Shown here: positions 44,878 through 54,727 of the stretch, one piece after another
Layout of the letters: each line of letters opens with the position of its first letter
Numbering within the stretch: position 1 is the first letter of the stretch
IMG/VR virus record: IMGVR_UViG_3300022745_000020
Span: 32,001 to 96,000 of that record
Length of the DNA stretch: 64,000 nucleotides
Strand: one strand, 5' to 3'
Origin: a virus
Notes under the pieces: model-generated
The model's input: only the letters and a program-made list of their open reading frames with translations
The model's database searches: none
What the model was told of the DNA's origin: nothing
Program-made: the position numbers and the translations under genes

Positions 44878-46338
44878 ATGAGTGAACCCGCCACCGTCCC
44901 CACTGCAGCTGTAATCTACACCGACGGGGGCGCGCGCCCCACCAATCCGGGCTATGCAGGATATGGCTTCCATGGCTACGTCTATACGAATGAGCCCACC
45001 ACCAAGGGCAGTGGCAACACCAAGTGGATACTCACCGATCAAGGCTACTCACTCAAGACTCAGAAACCCGGGCAAAACAGTGAGGCTCCCGATAAAGCCT
45101 CATCGGTCAACGTACAGTCCTACGTGAATGGCTTCGGCACCGTCGATGGCATCACCACCAACAACGTGGCTGAAGTCGTAGGACTGACCAGAGCCATCGA
45201 CTGGGTGGCCTCTCAGGACATCCACGATGTGAAGTTCTACACGGACAATAAAGGTGTGGTAGAAGCTGCGACCTCCTGGATCCAGAAGTGGGAGAACAAT
45301 GGCTGGGTAAAGTCTAATGGGGAGCCTGTAGCTAATAAGCAGTATCTGATCAATTTGAGTGAGTCGATGAAGCGACTCCAGCAAAAAGTACCCTCCATCG
45401 AATACCGCTGGATCAAGGGGCACAACGGAGATCTGGGCAATGAGTCCAGTGATCGACTCGCCACTCTGGGCACACTCATGGCCATGACTGGCCAGCAGCA
45501 GCATGAGGTCGATCTCACCCCTGCTCAAGGTTACTGGTCTAAGAAGGTGGAGCGCCCAGTGCTCATGGACATGAAAGCTCTGTACTTCTTGTCCGACTCC
45601 AAGACCAATCAAGAAGGGGAGTACTATATAGGCACACACACTGACGATGAGATGCTCGGTGTCAAAGGAGCCGATGCACGCTTTGGATATGTGCGCTTGG
45701 CTACGCCCGATCCAGCCATCGAGTCTGTGCGCACACACGTCTACTCCCACCAGAGCGATCACATCAGTCTGTGCCAGATCTTACTCAATAAACTCTTCAA
45801 GCGAGAGGAGTATGTCATGCTCACTGAGCGAGGCTATCGGGCACTATACCGATCCAAACCCACTCAGCTGAACTTCAACTACCTCGATAAAGAGCCAGTG
45901 GTCACTGAGTTTCATCCCCCCTACTTAGCCCATCGGGCAGTAGAGCAACTCAATGAGCTCAAAGGCATCTACTTGAGTCTCAAAGATGGCTCTAAAGATC
46001 TCTACATCAAAGACATCACCGATGAGATCTACTCGACTCACCCTAAGAAAGGAGCCATGCTCAAGCCCATGATTGGCTCAGGCCTGGTGGAGTTGACGAT
46101 CAAAATCGACATCTCCAAAGAGCAGTCAGTGAGTGTGAAGATCCAACTCGGACACGATTGCCTGAGTAGAAATGCACTCAAGCACATCGAAGATAAACAC
46201 CCCAAGATCCAAGTGTTGTGCTGGAGACTCACCGATCAGCATTTTCGCTACGCCACCTACGTACACACCGATGATGGAGATGGCGTCTATGCAGCGCATG
46301 TATCTAATTCAGTGTGGATAAAACCAATCATCTCTTGA
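44878..46338 (+). CDS. rnhA: Ribonuclease HI (phiKZ gp155-like, with long C-terminal extension)
   Basis: YTDGG, TNNVAE, YTDN and WIKGHNG..GNE..DRLA motifs. Confidence 0.92.
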   Translation: MSEPATVPTAAVIYTDGGARPTNPGYAGYGFHGYVYTNEPTTKGSGNTKWILTDQGYSLKTQKPGQNSEAPDKASSVNVQSYVNGFGTVDGITTNNVAEVVGLTRAIDWVASQDIHDVKFYTDNKGVVEAATSWIQKWENNGWVKSNGEPVANKQYLINLSESMKRLQQKVPSIEYRWIKGHNGDLGNESSDRLATLGTLMAMTGQQQHEVDLTPAQGYWSKKVERPVLMDMKALYFLSDSKTNQEGEYYIGTHTDDEMLGVKGADARFGYVRLATPDPAIESVRTHVYSHQSDHISLCQILLNKLFKREEYVMLTERGYRALYRSKPTQLNFNYLDKEPVVTEFHPPYLAHRAVEQLNELKGIYLSLKDGSKDLYIKDITDEIYSTHPKKGAMLKPMIGSGLVELTIKIDISKEQSVSVKIQLGHDCLSRNALKHIEDKHPKIQVLCWRLTDQHFRYATYVHTDDGDGVYAAHVSNSVWIKPIIS

Positions 46339-46423
46339 TGAGACTTAGCGCTCACTGCACTGAGCACGACCGTGTCTTCTTTTTGGTCTAAGTTTTCTTT
46401 TTTGTCTCGCGTAGTAACTGATC

Positions 46424-46846
46424 ATGAACCCCACCACAGCACTGACTCCTGAACCATCATTCCTGATGCGATTATTCTTCATGTGTATGCCCAAGTGGCT
46501 ACAAAGAGCTGTGGTGCTGTGCTCATTCGCTACGCGCTATGCTCATGTCAGCAGCGATGACAAGGAAGTACTACATCGCTTAAACAACATCTTTGATTTA
46601 GTCAGCAGTGAAGACGCATTGAAGTTACCGATGAACGTCAGTCATCTGGTATGGGTCGATGATACCATCATGCAACCCATCATTGAGAGTGTGCGAAGTA
46701 ATCGCGATGAGAGTACCTTGGCCACATATGCGGCATATGTGGTCGATCGACTGCCTAAGTGTCTGCGCTACACCGAGCGGGATGATATGGTCAATGACTT
46801 TACACAGCTGTTTACTGAATTTCCTTGCCTGAGCGCTGCTCACTGA
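46424..46846 (+). CDS. Hypothetical protein (phiKZ gp154-like position)
   Basis: 140-aa ORF between RNase H and a head protein gene. Confidence 0.6.
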   Translation: MNPTTALTPEPSFLMRLFFMCMPKWLQRAVVLCSFATRYAHVSSDDKEVLHRLNNIFDLVSSEDALKLPMNVSHLVWVDDTIMQPIIESVRSNRDESTLATYAAYVVDRLPKCLRYTERDDMVNDFTQLFTEFPCLSAAH

Positions 46847-46861
46847 GATGCATGTATGCAT

Positions 46862-46913
46862 ACACACTCCCCTCCACAGCCTACTATGACAGTGGCTGTG
46901 GAGGGGAGTGTGT
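46862..46913. terminator. Stem-loop, 20-bp stem, between convergent genes
   Basis: acacactcccctccacagcc...ggctgtggaggggagtgtgt. Confidence 0.72.
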
Positions 46914-46925
46914 GTCTATCTGTAC

Positions 46926-47753
46926 TTAGCTGTAGATCTCGCTGATGCTTTGCATGGTGTTTTGCACTGCGCCTTGCAGAGCCAGAATGCGAAAATGTAC
47001 ATCACTGTACATTTGCAGCTCTTGAGCTACATAGAAAGTGTAGTCTCCGAGCTTGTGAGCTGTTTGCTTGCTCAGGTGCTTGGAGTCCTCACGTCCGTAT
47101 TGACTGGCGATTACGTTAGCCAGATCTACACCTTGAGAGATTTTACTCTTCAAGTTAGCTCGGTTCACACTTTGCACATCGCAGATGAGCTGGTGTATAG
47201 TCTTAAACACCGCAGGCCAGTCTCCATGGCGAGAAATCACTTCTCCGATGGTGGATTCAGACTTGGTGCAACCCTTAGCAAAATAGTGAGAGATCTCTTT
47301 GTAGAGTGCTTCTCGCTCATGCGTGTGGCGTGTAAACATCGAAGCATCATCTCGTGCACTCTCAGCGACCTTGGGGTCACTGACGACTTGACTCATGAAG
47401 AAGATATAAGGATCGATGACAGTCTTCTCCACCATCTTCACATGTGCACTCATCTTCAGCAGCGCATGGGCGTAAGGTAGATACATCCCCACCAGACCTT
47501 GGGGTGTGTAAGCGCGCACACGAGTCATCGATGCATATGGGACGCCATCGAGCACTTTGATGAAGTTGCGTTGATCTTGAGGCAGCTCTTTGATATCGGG
47601 TAAGTCAGCTGCTGAGCCTGCGAATTTAAATGTGTCAGTGATATGACTCATGAAGCTCTTGAAAGCTGCAGAGCCCTGTACGAAGAATTCACTGACGACG
47701 TTCTCCAAGGCGAGTTGATGCTGCTCATAGGCAGCGACATCGATGTGTTGCAT
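46926..47753 (-). CDS. Internal head protein (phiKZ gp153-like)
   Basis: 275 aa; N-terminal A-L-E prohead-protease motif (QLALE|N); synteny next to UvsX. Confidence 0.6.
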   Translation of the reverse strand: MQHIDVAAYEQHQLALENVVSEFFVQGSAAFKSFMSHITDTFKFAGSAADLPDIKELPQDQRNFIKVLDGVPYASMTRVRAYTPQGLVGMYLPYAHALLKMSAHVKMVEKTVIDPYIFFMSQVVSDPKVAESARDDASMFTRHTHEREALYKEISHYFAKGCTKSESTIGEVISRHGDWPAVFKTIHQLICDVQSVNRANLKSKISQGVDLANVIASQYGREDSKHLSKQTAHKLGDYTFYVAQELQMYSDVHFRILALQGAVQNTMQSISEIYS

Positions 47754-47928
47754 GAGTCCAGTCCTCTATCGGTGTAGGTGTATAGGAAGTAAGAGAGAAA
47801 AAGAGAAAACTTACAGCGCTTGGTTATCTGATGTGTGCCAGGCAGGCAAAGTAGTGACTAGAGCAAGCATTGGCTCGATACATTCACTGGATTATCTCTC
47901 TTAGGCAAAGCGAAGGAAAACATAAACC

Positions 47929-49392
47929 ATGGCTAAGATCTCTTTGAGTTTCATGCCCGACATCGAAGTTATCCCTGAGGTCAGACATCTGTACAACGTA
48001 GGTGCTCTGCTCGATATCCCCACAGGCATCTATCTGCCTGGACGTATGGGAGAATCCATCCTCAATGGTGGAGTGGGCATGCTCACAGGTGTCGTAGGTC
48101 GCCCCAACACGTACAAGTCCGCTGAGATGGACTACATGGCCATGTCTGCCATGTCTGCATTCCCCGGTACGTTCTACGGCATCTATGACACTGAAATCAA
48201 CAAGACTGCTCAGCGACTGGCTCAACTATCCAAGCACATCGATGCACTCAAACATGTCGATCTGATCGCTGAGAAGATGGTGCGCATCACCGACAAGACC
48301 CAACTCTCAGCCACTGAGTGGTATGAGAAGGTCAAGGAGCAGATGGCCGCTAAGATAAAGCATCGCAAGGACATCTTGATAGATCTACCCTTTGCCACCA
48401 AATCAGGTATTCCCCTGCAGATCCCATTGCCCACCTATCAAGGCGTGGACTCACTCAGTGAATTCGTCACCGATGATGTGGAGCAAATGCAAGATGAGAA
48501 CGAGCTCGGTGACAGCGGAGCCAACACCATGCACATGCGACAAGGTGCCGCTAAGACACGGTTCTTGTCCGATGTGATTCGCAGAGCCAGTGAGAGTAAC
48601 ACAGCGTTTCTCATGTCCGCTCACGTCGGACAAATCATCGGCATGGATCCGAGACAGCCTCCCCCTAAGCAACTCCAATACCTGAAAAACGGCGATGTCA
48701 TCAAAGGTGTGTCGTCTAAGTTCTTGTACCTGACCACCGTGTGCTGGCAGACAGTATCCAGTACAGTCTTGCTCAATGACAGCACCAAGGCTGCAGAGTA
48801 TCCCAAGGAGCAAGGCAGTGGCTTCAAAGGTGAGACTGATTTGAACCTAGTGACACTATCTACGTTGCGCAATAAGAATGGCCCCAGTGGAGGGGCCATG
48901 ATCCAGCATGTGGTCTCTCAGCAAGAAGGTGTGTTGCCCTCGCTCAGTGAATTTCACTACATCAAGAGTGCTGACCGCTATGGCTTGGAAGGCTCCTTGC
49001 AAAACTACAGCCTGACACTGCTGCCCTCAGTGGCACTGTCGCGCACCAAAGTGCGCGAGAAGATCGACTCCGATGCCAAGCTGCGTCGAGCCATCCGCAT
49101 CACCTCAGAGCTGCTGCAAATCAACTTGCTGTACAACTACCTCGACGAAGACTTGTACTGCGACCCCAAGCAGCTCTATGAGGGCATCAAAGCCCGAGGC
49201 TACGACTGGGACATCCTCCTCAACAGCCGAGGTAATTGGTGCGCCGATCACTATGATCAACCCATCCCCTACCTCAGCACGATGGATCTTATGAAAATGC
49301 GCGTCGGGCGCTACCATCCATTTTGGTTGGCTGCTGACAACAAAACCGTCCTCAAACCCAGCGAGTATGTGAAGTATACCGCATCAGCTTAA
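47929..49392 (+). CDS. uvsX: UvsX/RecA-like recombinase (phiKZ gp152-like)
   Basis: 'NVGALLDIPTG', variant Walker A GRPNTYKS, YDTE, Walker B 'GVDSLSE' and 'RNKNGPSG'. Confidence 0.85.
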   Translation: MAKISLSFMPDIEVIPEVRHLYNVGALLDIPTGIYLPGRMGESILNGGVGMLTGVVGRPNTYKSAEMDYMAMSAMSAFPGTFYGIYDTEINKTAQRLAQLSKHIDALKHVDLIAEKMVRITDKTQLSATEWYEKVKEQMAAKIKHRKDILIDLPFATKSGIPLQIPLPTYQGVDSLSEFVTDDVEQMQDENELGDSGANTMHMRQGAAKTRFLSDVIRRASESNTAFLMSAHVGQIIGMDPRQPPPKQLQYLKNGDVIKGVSSKFLYLTTVCWQTVSSTVLLNDSTKAAEYPKEQGSGFKGETDLNLVTLSTLRNKNGPSGGAMIQHVVSQQEGVLPSLSEFHYIKSADRYGLEGSLQNYSLTLLPSVALSRTKVREKIDSDAKLRRAIRITSELLQINLLYNYLDEDLYCDPKQLYEGIKARGYDWDILLNSRGNWCADHYDQPIPYLSTMDLMKMRVGRYHPFWLAADNKTVLKPSEYVKYTASA

Positions 49393-49406
49393 AAAAGGAG
49401 TGCGAT

Positions 49407-49739
49407 ATGCACCACCACCAGGGGGAGACCTCCATCCCCACTCAAGAAGATTTGGTCAGTCTGATCACCTCATCCCTGCGTGATGCAGGTCATCCCCAGC
49501 CTCAATTCTGGATCAGTGAGCATGCCGCTCAGACTCTGGCTGAGAGAGATCCCTCCTCTCAAGTCGATGCGGTGCGAGACATCTGGTTGATCTTGCTGTG
49601 CAAGTGCTCTGAGGACACCAGTGCAGCCAGATTTACTCTGAGCTGGGGAGGCGATGACATCGCAGTCTACGCATCGGCTTTTCAGAAGTACGTCTTACCC
49701 GTGGTGATGCAGCACCACGTGGGCTTTGACCCAGCGTAA
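49407..49739 (+). CDS. Hypothetical protein
   Basis: 110 aa with AAGGAG Shine-Dalgarno, inside a conserved operon. Confidence 0.65.
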   Translation: MHHHQGETSIPTQEDLVSLITSSLRDAGHPQPQFWISEHAAQTLAERDPSSQVDAVRDIWLILLCKCSEDTSAARFTLSWGGDDIAVYASAFQKYVLPVVMQHHVGFDPA

Positions 49740-49765
49740 TAGAGATAGAGAAAAGGACTTCAATC

Positions 49766-50434
49766 ATGAGTAAACGTCAAGCAGTGACCAAACTCTGTCT
49801 GGAGACCATCGCCAAGATGCTCCCCAACGGAGATAACCTCAAACTCTATCAGAAGAAGTTTGAGGACATGGACGATAAGCAATTCGATGCATTCATGGCT
49901 GACTTGAAAGCCAAGAATACCCGACTCGTGGTGGTCATGCCCAATGGCTCCAAAGAGAAAGTCGATGTCGGACGCAATTTCGAGATCGCTCGCTCTCTCG
50001 GACGAGAGCCCTTCGAGCAAGTCTGGGTACCTGCTACCCAAGGCGCTCGCAAGTACCTCACCCCCATCCCTTACTTGGTCATGCCCATGCCAGTGCGCCG
50101 TCAAGCTCAGATGGTCTCCAAGAAGATCAGCCTGCCCGAGGATGTGAACTCAGTCGATCACGTCACCGGTCAGCCCACTGGTAAATCCAAAGGTGCTAAG
50201 GTATCGGCTCCTGAGGTCAAGGTGCTCGCCAGTATGGGGCTGGATAAGACACTCAATGAGCTCATGAGTATCCGAGCAGGAGACGCTGGTGGATACCGGG
50301 CGCTGTCTACGTTTATTGAGCGCACGGGCTATGCCAGCATCGAGCAAATCGAACCCTATCGCACGGGTGTGAAAGCCACACAGGCGATGAGTCACTACCT
50401 CAAAGCAGCTCACCTGAGCAACAATCTCGTATGA
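49766..50434 (+). CDS. Virion RNA polymerase beta subunit C-terminal fragment (phiKZ gp149-like)
   Basis: 'PVRRQAQMVSKKIS...TGQPTGKSKGAKVSAPE' corresponds to the RpoB TQQP..K..GG.RFGEME segment; 222 aa. Confidence 0.8.
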   Translation: MSKRQAVTKLCLETIAKMLPNGDNLKLYQKKFEDMDDKQFDAFMADLKAKNTRLVVVMPNGSKEKVDVGRNFEIARSLGREPFEQVWVPATQGARKYLTPIPYLVMPMPVRRQAQMVSKKISLPEDVNSVDHVTGQPTGKSKGAKVSAPEVKVLASMGLDKTLNELMSIRAGDAGGYRALSTFIERTGYASIEQIEPYRTGVKATQAMSHYLKAAHLSNNLV

Positions 50435-51195
50435 CAGCCCAAGCCGACTCCATCCTCGTGGACATCGCCATGCTGCTGGATATGCGCATGGCCTGTGCCC
50501 ACTGGATCAATGAGACCTACAGTGAGCGCCTGGGTAAGATGGGGAGCTACTATGTGCGAGAAAGCGATGAGCTAGACTTGGCTGAGTTCGGTCGTCTATC
50601 GGCCGCTTCAATCAAGCGTATTTTATCGGCTGCAGGTGATGAGGTCATCTGTTTGAGTGTGATGACCGCGTTCACTCGCTTCTTGCAAGAGCTGCTGAAG
50701 GTGCAAACAGAGCTGGCCATGGCTTCTCCCATCGCACCGATTCGCATCATCGATATCAATATCCACCCCTACACGCTCGATGACAAGTCCTGTGAGGAGC
50801 TGTGTGCTGCAGTGCAGTACAACCTCCTACCTTACAGCGTAGAGGTCAAGGTGGTTAACTTGCCCCCAGAGCGCATCACAGCCGGCTATATCAAAGATCG
50901 CTACATGGCCCTGGCCATCTACAACCCAGCCGATTGGATCGAGGTTAATAAGGATGAGTTCCTCAAAGGACAATACCGCTCATTGACTCTGTACACACCT
51001 CGCATCAACCACATCCGAGACCTCACCAGCGCAGAGCGGGAAGAGCTCGATAAACTCTGCGTGGTGGACCTATTTGATCTATTTCGTGACAGTGTAAAAG
51101 CCTACATCCGCATGGAGTACATCCCCATCGCAGCAGTCAGTGCTAATACTCCAGTCAACCCCAATCACACATTCCGTAAACACCTCTGGGCGTGA
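50431..51195 (+). CDS. Conserved hypothetical protein (phiKZ gp147-like)
   Basis: 'ILVDI..LLD.R' N-terminus and 'INIHPYTL'; ATGA overlap with the RNAP gene. Confidence 0.6.
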   Translation: MTAQADSILVDIAMLLDMRMACAHWINETYSERLGKMGSYYVRESDELDLAEFGRLSAASIKRILSAAGDEVICLSVMTAFTRFLQELLKVQTELAMASPIAPIRIIDINIHPYTLDDKSCEELCAAVQYNLLPYSVEVKVVNLPPERITAGYIKDRYMALAIYNPADWIEVNKDEFLKGQYRSLTLYTPRINHIRDLTSAEREELDKLCVVDLFDLFRDSVKAYIRMEYIPIAAVSANTPVNPNHTFRKHLWA

Positions 51196-51662
51196 TGATG
51201 TCCATCTTGAAATGGTTTACTAGAAAGACCCACACACCCAGTGCCAAGGAGATACTGCACTCCCAGCACGACTGGGTAAAGGGATACCTCGATGGCTATT
51301 TGAATAAACCAATCATCGCTGTGACTGGAGAGCATACTCCTTTGGTGATTGGGTTTTTACTAGGTACTCGTGTGATCGGCGATGGCCTCATGCCTTGTCC
51401 CATCGTGAGTGACTATGTGAGCCTCAATACCCAATTGGCTATAGGGCGCATCTGGCCCTATAGTGACTATATCTTACAAACTCTGTGCAAACTCACACCT
51501 GAGCAGAGGTGGCTATTGATCAACACAGTGGATTCATTTCCCCGTATGCAAATCCCGGTGGTGGGTGATGAGCCTCAAGAGGCAGAGCCCACCTATGAAG
51601 GATACATCGATATCTTGAATCGCAATCATTACTTCGAGCATGTGCTCAAGCAAAAGGCATAA
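51192..51662 (+). CDS. Hypothetical protein
   Basis: 156-aa ORF overlapping the upstream stop. Confidence 0.6.
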   Translation: MMMSILKWFTRKTHTPSAKEILHSQHDWVKGYLDGYLNKPIIAVTGEHTPLVIGFLLGTRVIGDGLMPCPIVSDYVSLNTQLAIGRIWPYSDYILQTLCKLTPEQRWLLINTVDSFPRMQIPVVGDEPQEAEPTYEGYIDILNRNHYFEHVLKQKA

Positions 51663-51672
51663 AGATCCACTA

Positions 51673-51708
51673 GACTACCAGACAGGTGCATGCACCTGTC
51701 TGGTAGTC
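51673..51708. terminator. Perfect 36-bp palindrome between convergent genes
   Basis: gactaccagacaggtgca|tgcacctgtctggtagtc. Confidence 0.75.
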
Positions 51709-51712
51709 GGAT

Positions 51713-52138
51713 TCATTTGGCTTTGTTGCTCTCTTGCATGCGTTTCATGAAGGTATCACAGTCCTCGGTGACCACACCTTGATCCATCTCCCCGGGGATG
51801 TAGGATACCTCCACCACGCCATCGGGCAGGCACGGTAGGGCTCGATCGACTGGAGTATCACTGATTCCGATGTTTTTGATCTCAGGTCTCGTGACCAGGT
51901 TAGCCAGCAGACGAGCCGTCTGAGCGTTGATGTCATTGGCCTTCTCATCGACTTTCATTCGCATACGACCTAAGCTCACCTTATCGTTGTCTGCGATGAA
52001 TTTCTGTAAAACCCCCAGCATCTTGACATCTTCGATCAGCTTGTCTTTGTCCTTGAGTAGCAAATCGATCAGATCGTCTCGGATCGTGCGCGAGCGCTGT
52101 AGCTCCATGAGCAGTGGATCTTTATTTGCATCATCCAT
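51713..52138 (-). CDS. Conserved hypothetical protein (phiKZ gp143-like)
   Basis: 141 aa, helical, with 'D.DK.SLGRMRMKVDE'; GGAG Shine-Dalgarno. Confidence 0.6.
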   Translation of the reverse strand: MDDANKDPLLMELQRSRTIRDDLIDLLLKDKDKLIEDVKMLGVLQKFIADNDKVSLGRMRMKVDEKANDINAQTARLLANLVTRPEIKNIGISDTPVDRALPCLPDGVVEVSYIPGEMDQGVVTEDCDTFMKRMQESNKAK

Positions 52139-52274
52139 GATTCATTCTCCGTATATGACGTGTATCATTTAAGCGTTAAGTGGCTACTGGAGTGTACTCT
52201 CACAAATAAGATTTGTGAGATGTATCCGTTCACTACATGCGCATACACGAGTATCGGGTACATTGGAAAAAATT

Positions 52275-52290
52275 ACAGTCCTATATCATC
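52275..52290 (+). promoter_or_regulatory. Candidate phage (early-type) promoter motif ACAGTCcTATATCATC
   Basis: Second copy of the 1640-1655 motif, preceded by AAAAAATT. Confidence 0.5.
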
Positions 52291-52353
52291 TACTTGAGTC
52301 AAACCACTTAAAAGGAGTGATCTCTACTATCTTTTACCACTTACGAGGTAAGC

Positions 52354-52833
52354 ATGAATCGTGACAATGACAGTGAACACCATCGAAGGATGGGCAGCGA
52401 TCGCAGGGGCTTCACAGAGTACTGTGGCCCTGGCGGTGCGCTCAAACTGCTTTGGGTGCGTGTGCTTTTCGCCGTCGGGCTGGACCTCACCAGCTTCAAG
52501 TCCTTGCTCAACGAGTACGTCCACAAGACGTATGGTGCTGCTGCTTCACAACCTGGCAGTGCCAAAGTCTCCAACGGCAGGATCGATCAGATCCATACGC
52601 TGCGAGCGAACTTGAGGAGATCCTTGACTCAGCATCAGGAGTTGACTTTTAAGAAGTTGATTCAAGGGCTGAAGATCTTGGGCATGGTGAAGTTAACGAT
52701 CACGTTGGATGGGGAGTTCAAGCCCAGAGATGGTCATCCCCCCAGAAAGATCAGCGTGAGCATCCCGATGAATCTGGGTAAGGTCAGCATCGAGCCCAGC
52801 GATGAATCAACAGGAGAATCTGAAGATGCATGA
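52354..52833 (+). CDS. Hypothetical protein
   Basis: GAGG Shine-Dalgarno; contains 'RANLRRSL...LTFKKLIQGLKIL'. Confidence 0.65.
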   Translation: MNRDNDSEHHRRMGSDRRGFTEYCGPGGALKLLWVRVLFAVGLDLTSFKSLLNEYVHKTYGAAASQPGSAKVSNGRIDQIHTLRANLRRSLTQHQELTFKKLIQGLKILGMVKLTITLDGEFKPRDGHPPRKISVSIPMNLGKVSIEPSDESTGESEDA

Positions 52834-53374
52834 AGGTCAACCAGTGAAATCCCTCCTAGAGGTATTTCGTGACAACGTGAGCTACTGCCTGACAGAGCTC
52901 GAAGGCCCGGAGATCCGAGCAATCATTGACACCTGCTTGCGATGGGTGAAGATCCATCCGCAGCTCATGCTCAGTGATCCGGTCATCGAGCAGTTTCGCA
53001 GCGATTGCAACTTCACGCAGTTTGCACGTTTCGCATCGCGGGTATGCATGCTCAGTGAGGTGCAGCTGGACAAGAGCGTCTACGACGAACAGCTCATCGC
53101 CATCGTCAGGGCACTGAACTGCCACGACGAGCACTACACCTTACCCGTGGGTGATGAGCCGGTGCTGGGTCTGCACTCCATGATCGATCGAGTGCTGGGT
53201 GAGCGACTACCTCTCCAAGTCGAGACGAAGTTGAGTGATGAACAAATCACCAGCGTGCTGATCACCATTGTCTTGGCCAACCGCTTCTTGCAATTCGCCT
53301 TGTTGCTGTCGTTTAGCCCATCGGTGATCGTTCTCAAGGAGATCAAGACTCTGATGGACAGGACCCCTGCGTGA
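52826..53374 (+). CDS. Hypothetical protein
   Basis: ORF 52802..53374; probable start ATG 52826 after AGGAG. Confidence 0.6.
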   Translation: MHEGQPVKSLLEVFRDNVSYCLTELEGPEIRAIIDTCLRWVKIHPQLMLSDPVIEQFRSDCNFTQFARFASRVCMLSEVQLDKSVYDEQLIAIVRALNCHDEHYTLPVGDEPVLGLHSMIDRVLGERLPLQVETKLSDEQITSVLITIVLANRFLQFALLLSFSPSVIVLKEIKTLMDRTPA

Positions 53375-53457
53375 GCCAACGCACCAATCGCTCGTTACTC
53401 CCCCACAACGCGTTTTTTCTCCCTCAATCTCTTTTCTTCCCCCACAAAGGAATCATC

Positions 53458-54573
53458 ATGTCTGACAACGAACTCCACACCAGCGCCCAAATCGAAGCCC
53501 AAGCTGAAGCGGCTATCCAAGTCGAGACCATCGTCTATGAATCGGCTGAACTGACCACGCTGGAGCTGCCCGTGAACTTCCAGCCCATCGGCTCTGAAGG
53601 CTTCGACTTCTCCGACATCACTCTTCCCGATCCGATGAACACTGTCGCTGGCGACGCACTGAGCCAGACGCAACAGCAAGAGCCCCCGAGCGTGCCCGAG
53701 GTCACGTTCGACTACGAGTCCAGCGAAGACGATGTCCAAGAGCCCAAGCACACCAAGAAGGGCAAGAACAAGAACAAGAATCGCAAGGCTCACCGGGTGG
53801 ATGAGCCGCATGTGCTCAATGGTGAAGAAGCCGTCCACGCAGCAGGTGAACTTAAGCGCCACTTCCAAGAAGCCCCTCCGAAGAAGGTGGCTGCGCTGTT
53901 TCGCTCAGCAGATCTGCTGGGTGACATGATGAAGCAGCGCGGCATGGATGTCTGGCAACCCCCGAAGGAAGGAGTGGACTTCATCAACTTCTCCTCCCGA
54001 TCCGCCACCCCCATGGGTAGGGTGTTCGACATCTACTCCCCCTTCAAGGCGTTCAACCCGAGCACCGACAAGGTCGAAATCACCCCAGTGACCATCCCCA
54101 ACTTGGGGAACTTCGTCACAGTGGCCGGCATCTTGTATGCCATCGCGGGTGTCTATCGCAGCGATGATACCGCTGCCTTGAGTGACGAGACTCAGCACGA
54201 GCTGCACACGTCCTACGCCGGACCGCTTAACGGCGTCACGTACGGGCTGCGACTGGTGGAGATGCCCGGGCTCAAGCGAGTGATGTGTGATGTGCTCTGG
54301 CTGGTGCTGAAAAGCAATCCGGTCATGGCCAACATGCTCAAGGAGTCGGGTGGCATCCAACTGCGCTCATTCTACGTCAATGACCAAGGTGTGGAGAAGA
54401 GCTCCATACATGAGGCCTGGCTGGTCGAGCTCTACTCGATCTGCCGCGTTTACTTGCAAAACGACGTGGAGGATCCGGAGTTCACCATCGGGGTCGACGA
54501 GCCGCTCCTGCCCGCACCGCGGCAGAGCTATAGCAAGCGCCAAGGCTATCGGGGTAATCGCAGCCGCGACTGA
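53458..54573 (+). CDS. Hypothetical protein with acidic disordered N-terminus and a conserved jumbo-phage C-domain
   Basis: ATG 53458 follows AAAGGA; 'EGVDFINFSSRSATPMGR...PNLGNF.TVAG..Y' pattern recalled from phiKZ-like phages. Confidence 0.6.
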   Translation: MSDNELHTSAQIEAQAEAAIQVETIVYESAELTTLELPVNFQPIGSEGFDFSDITLPDPMNTVAGDALSQTQQQEPPSVPEVTFDYESSEDDVQEPKHTKKGKNKNKNRKAHRVDEPHVLNGEEAVHAAGELKRHFQEAPPKKVAALFRSADLLGDMMKQRGMDVWQPPKEGVDFINFSSRSATPMGRVFDIYSPFKAFNPSTDKVEITPVTIPNLGNFVTVAGILYAIAGVYRSDDTAALSDETQHELHTSYAGPLNGVTYGLRLVEMPGLKRVMCDVLWLVLKSNPVMANMLKESGGIQLRSFYVNDQGVEKSSIHEAWLVELYSICRVYLQNDVEDPEFTIGVDEPLLPAPRQSYSKRQGYRGNRSRD

Positions 54574-54602
54574 TCAATGCAACGCTGATCGATGAAGAGT
54601 CT

Positions 54603-54661
54603 GAGTGTGCTAGAGGGAGTCACATCCTTCTGGTCCACTCGGGCTCTTTTATTTTTTTTTT
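54603..54661 (+). terminator. Imperfect hairpin with long T-tract
   Basis: gagtg.gctagaggga...tccttctggt.cactc followed by tttttattttttttt. Confidence 0.55.
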
Positions 54662-54727
54662 CATATATCGACTTTTTTCAATCCAATGATTTACTCATAT
54701 AAAAACCCCCTCTCATAGGTGCGTGGC

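Noticed and set aside
47929-49392. Inactive RecA because Walker A reads GRPNTYKS
   Set aside because: As far as I recall, an aromatic residue before K is usual in phiKZ-like UvsX proteins, and the other motifs are intact.
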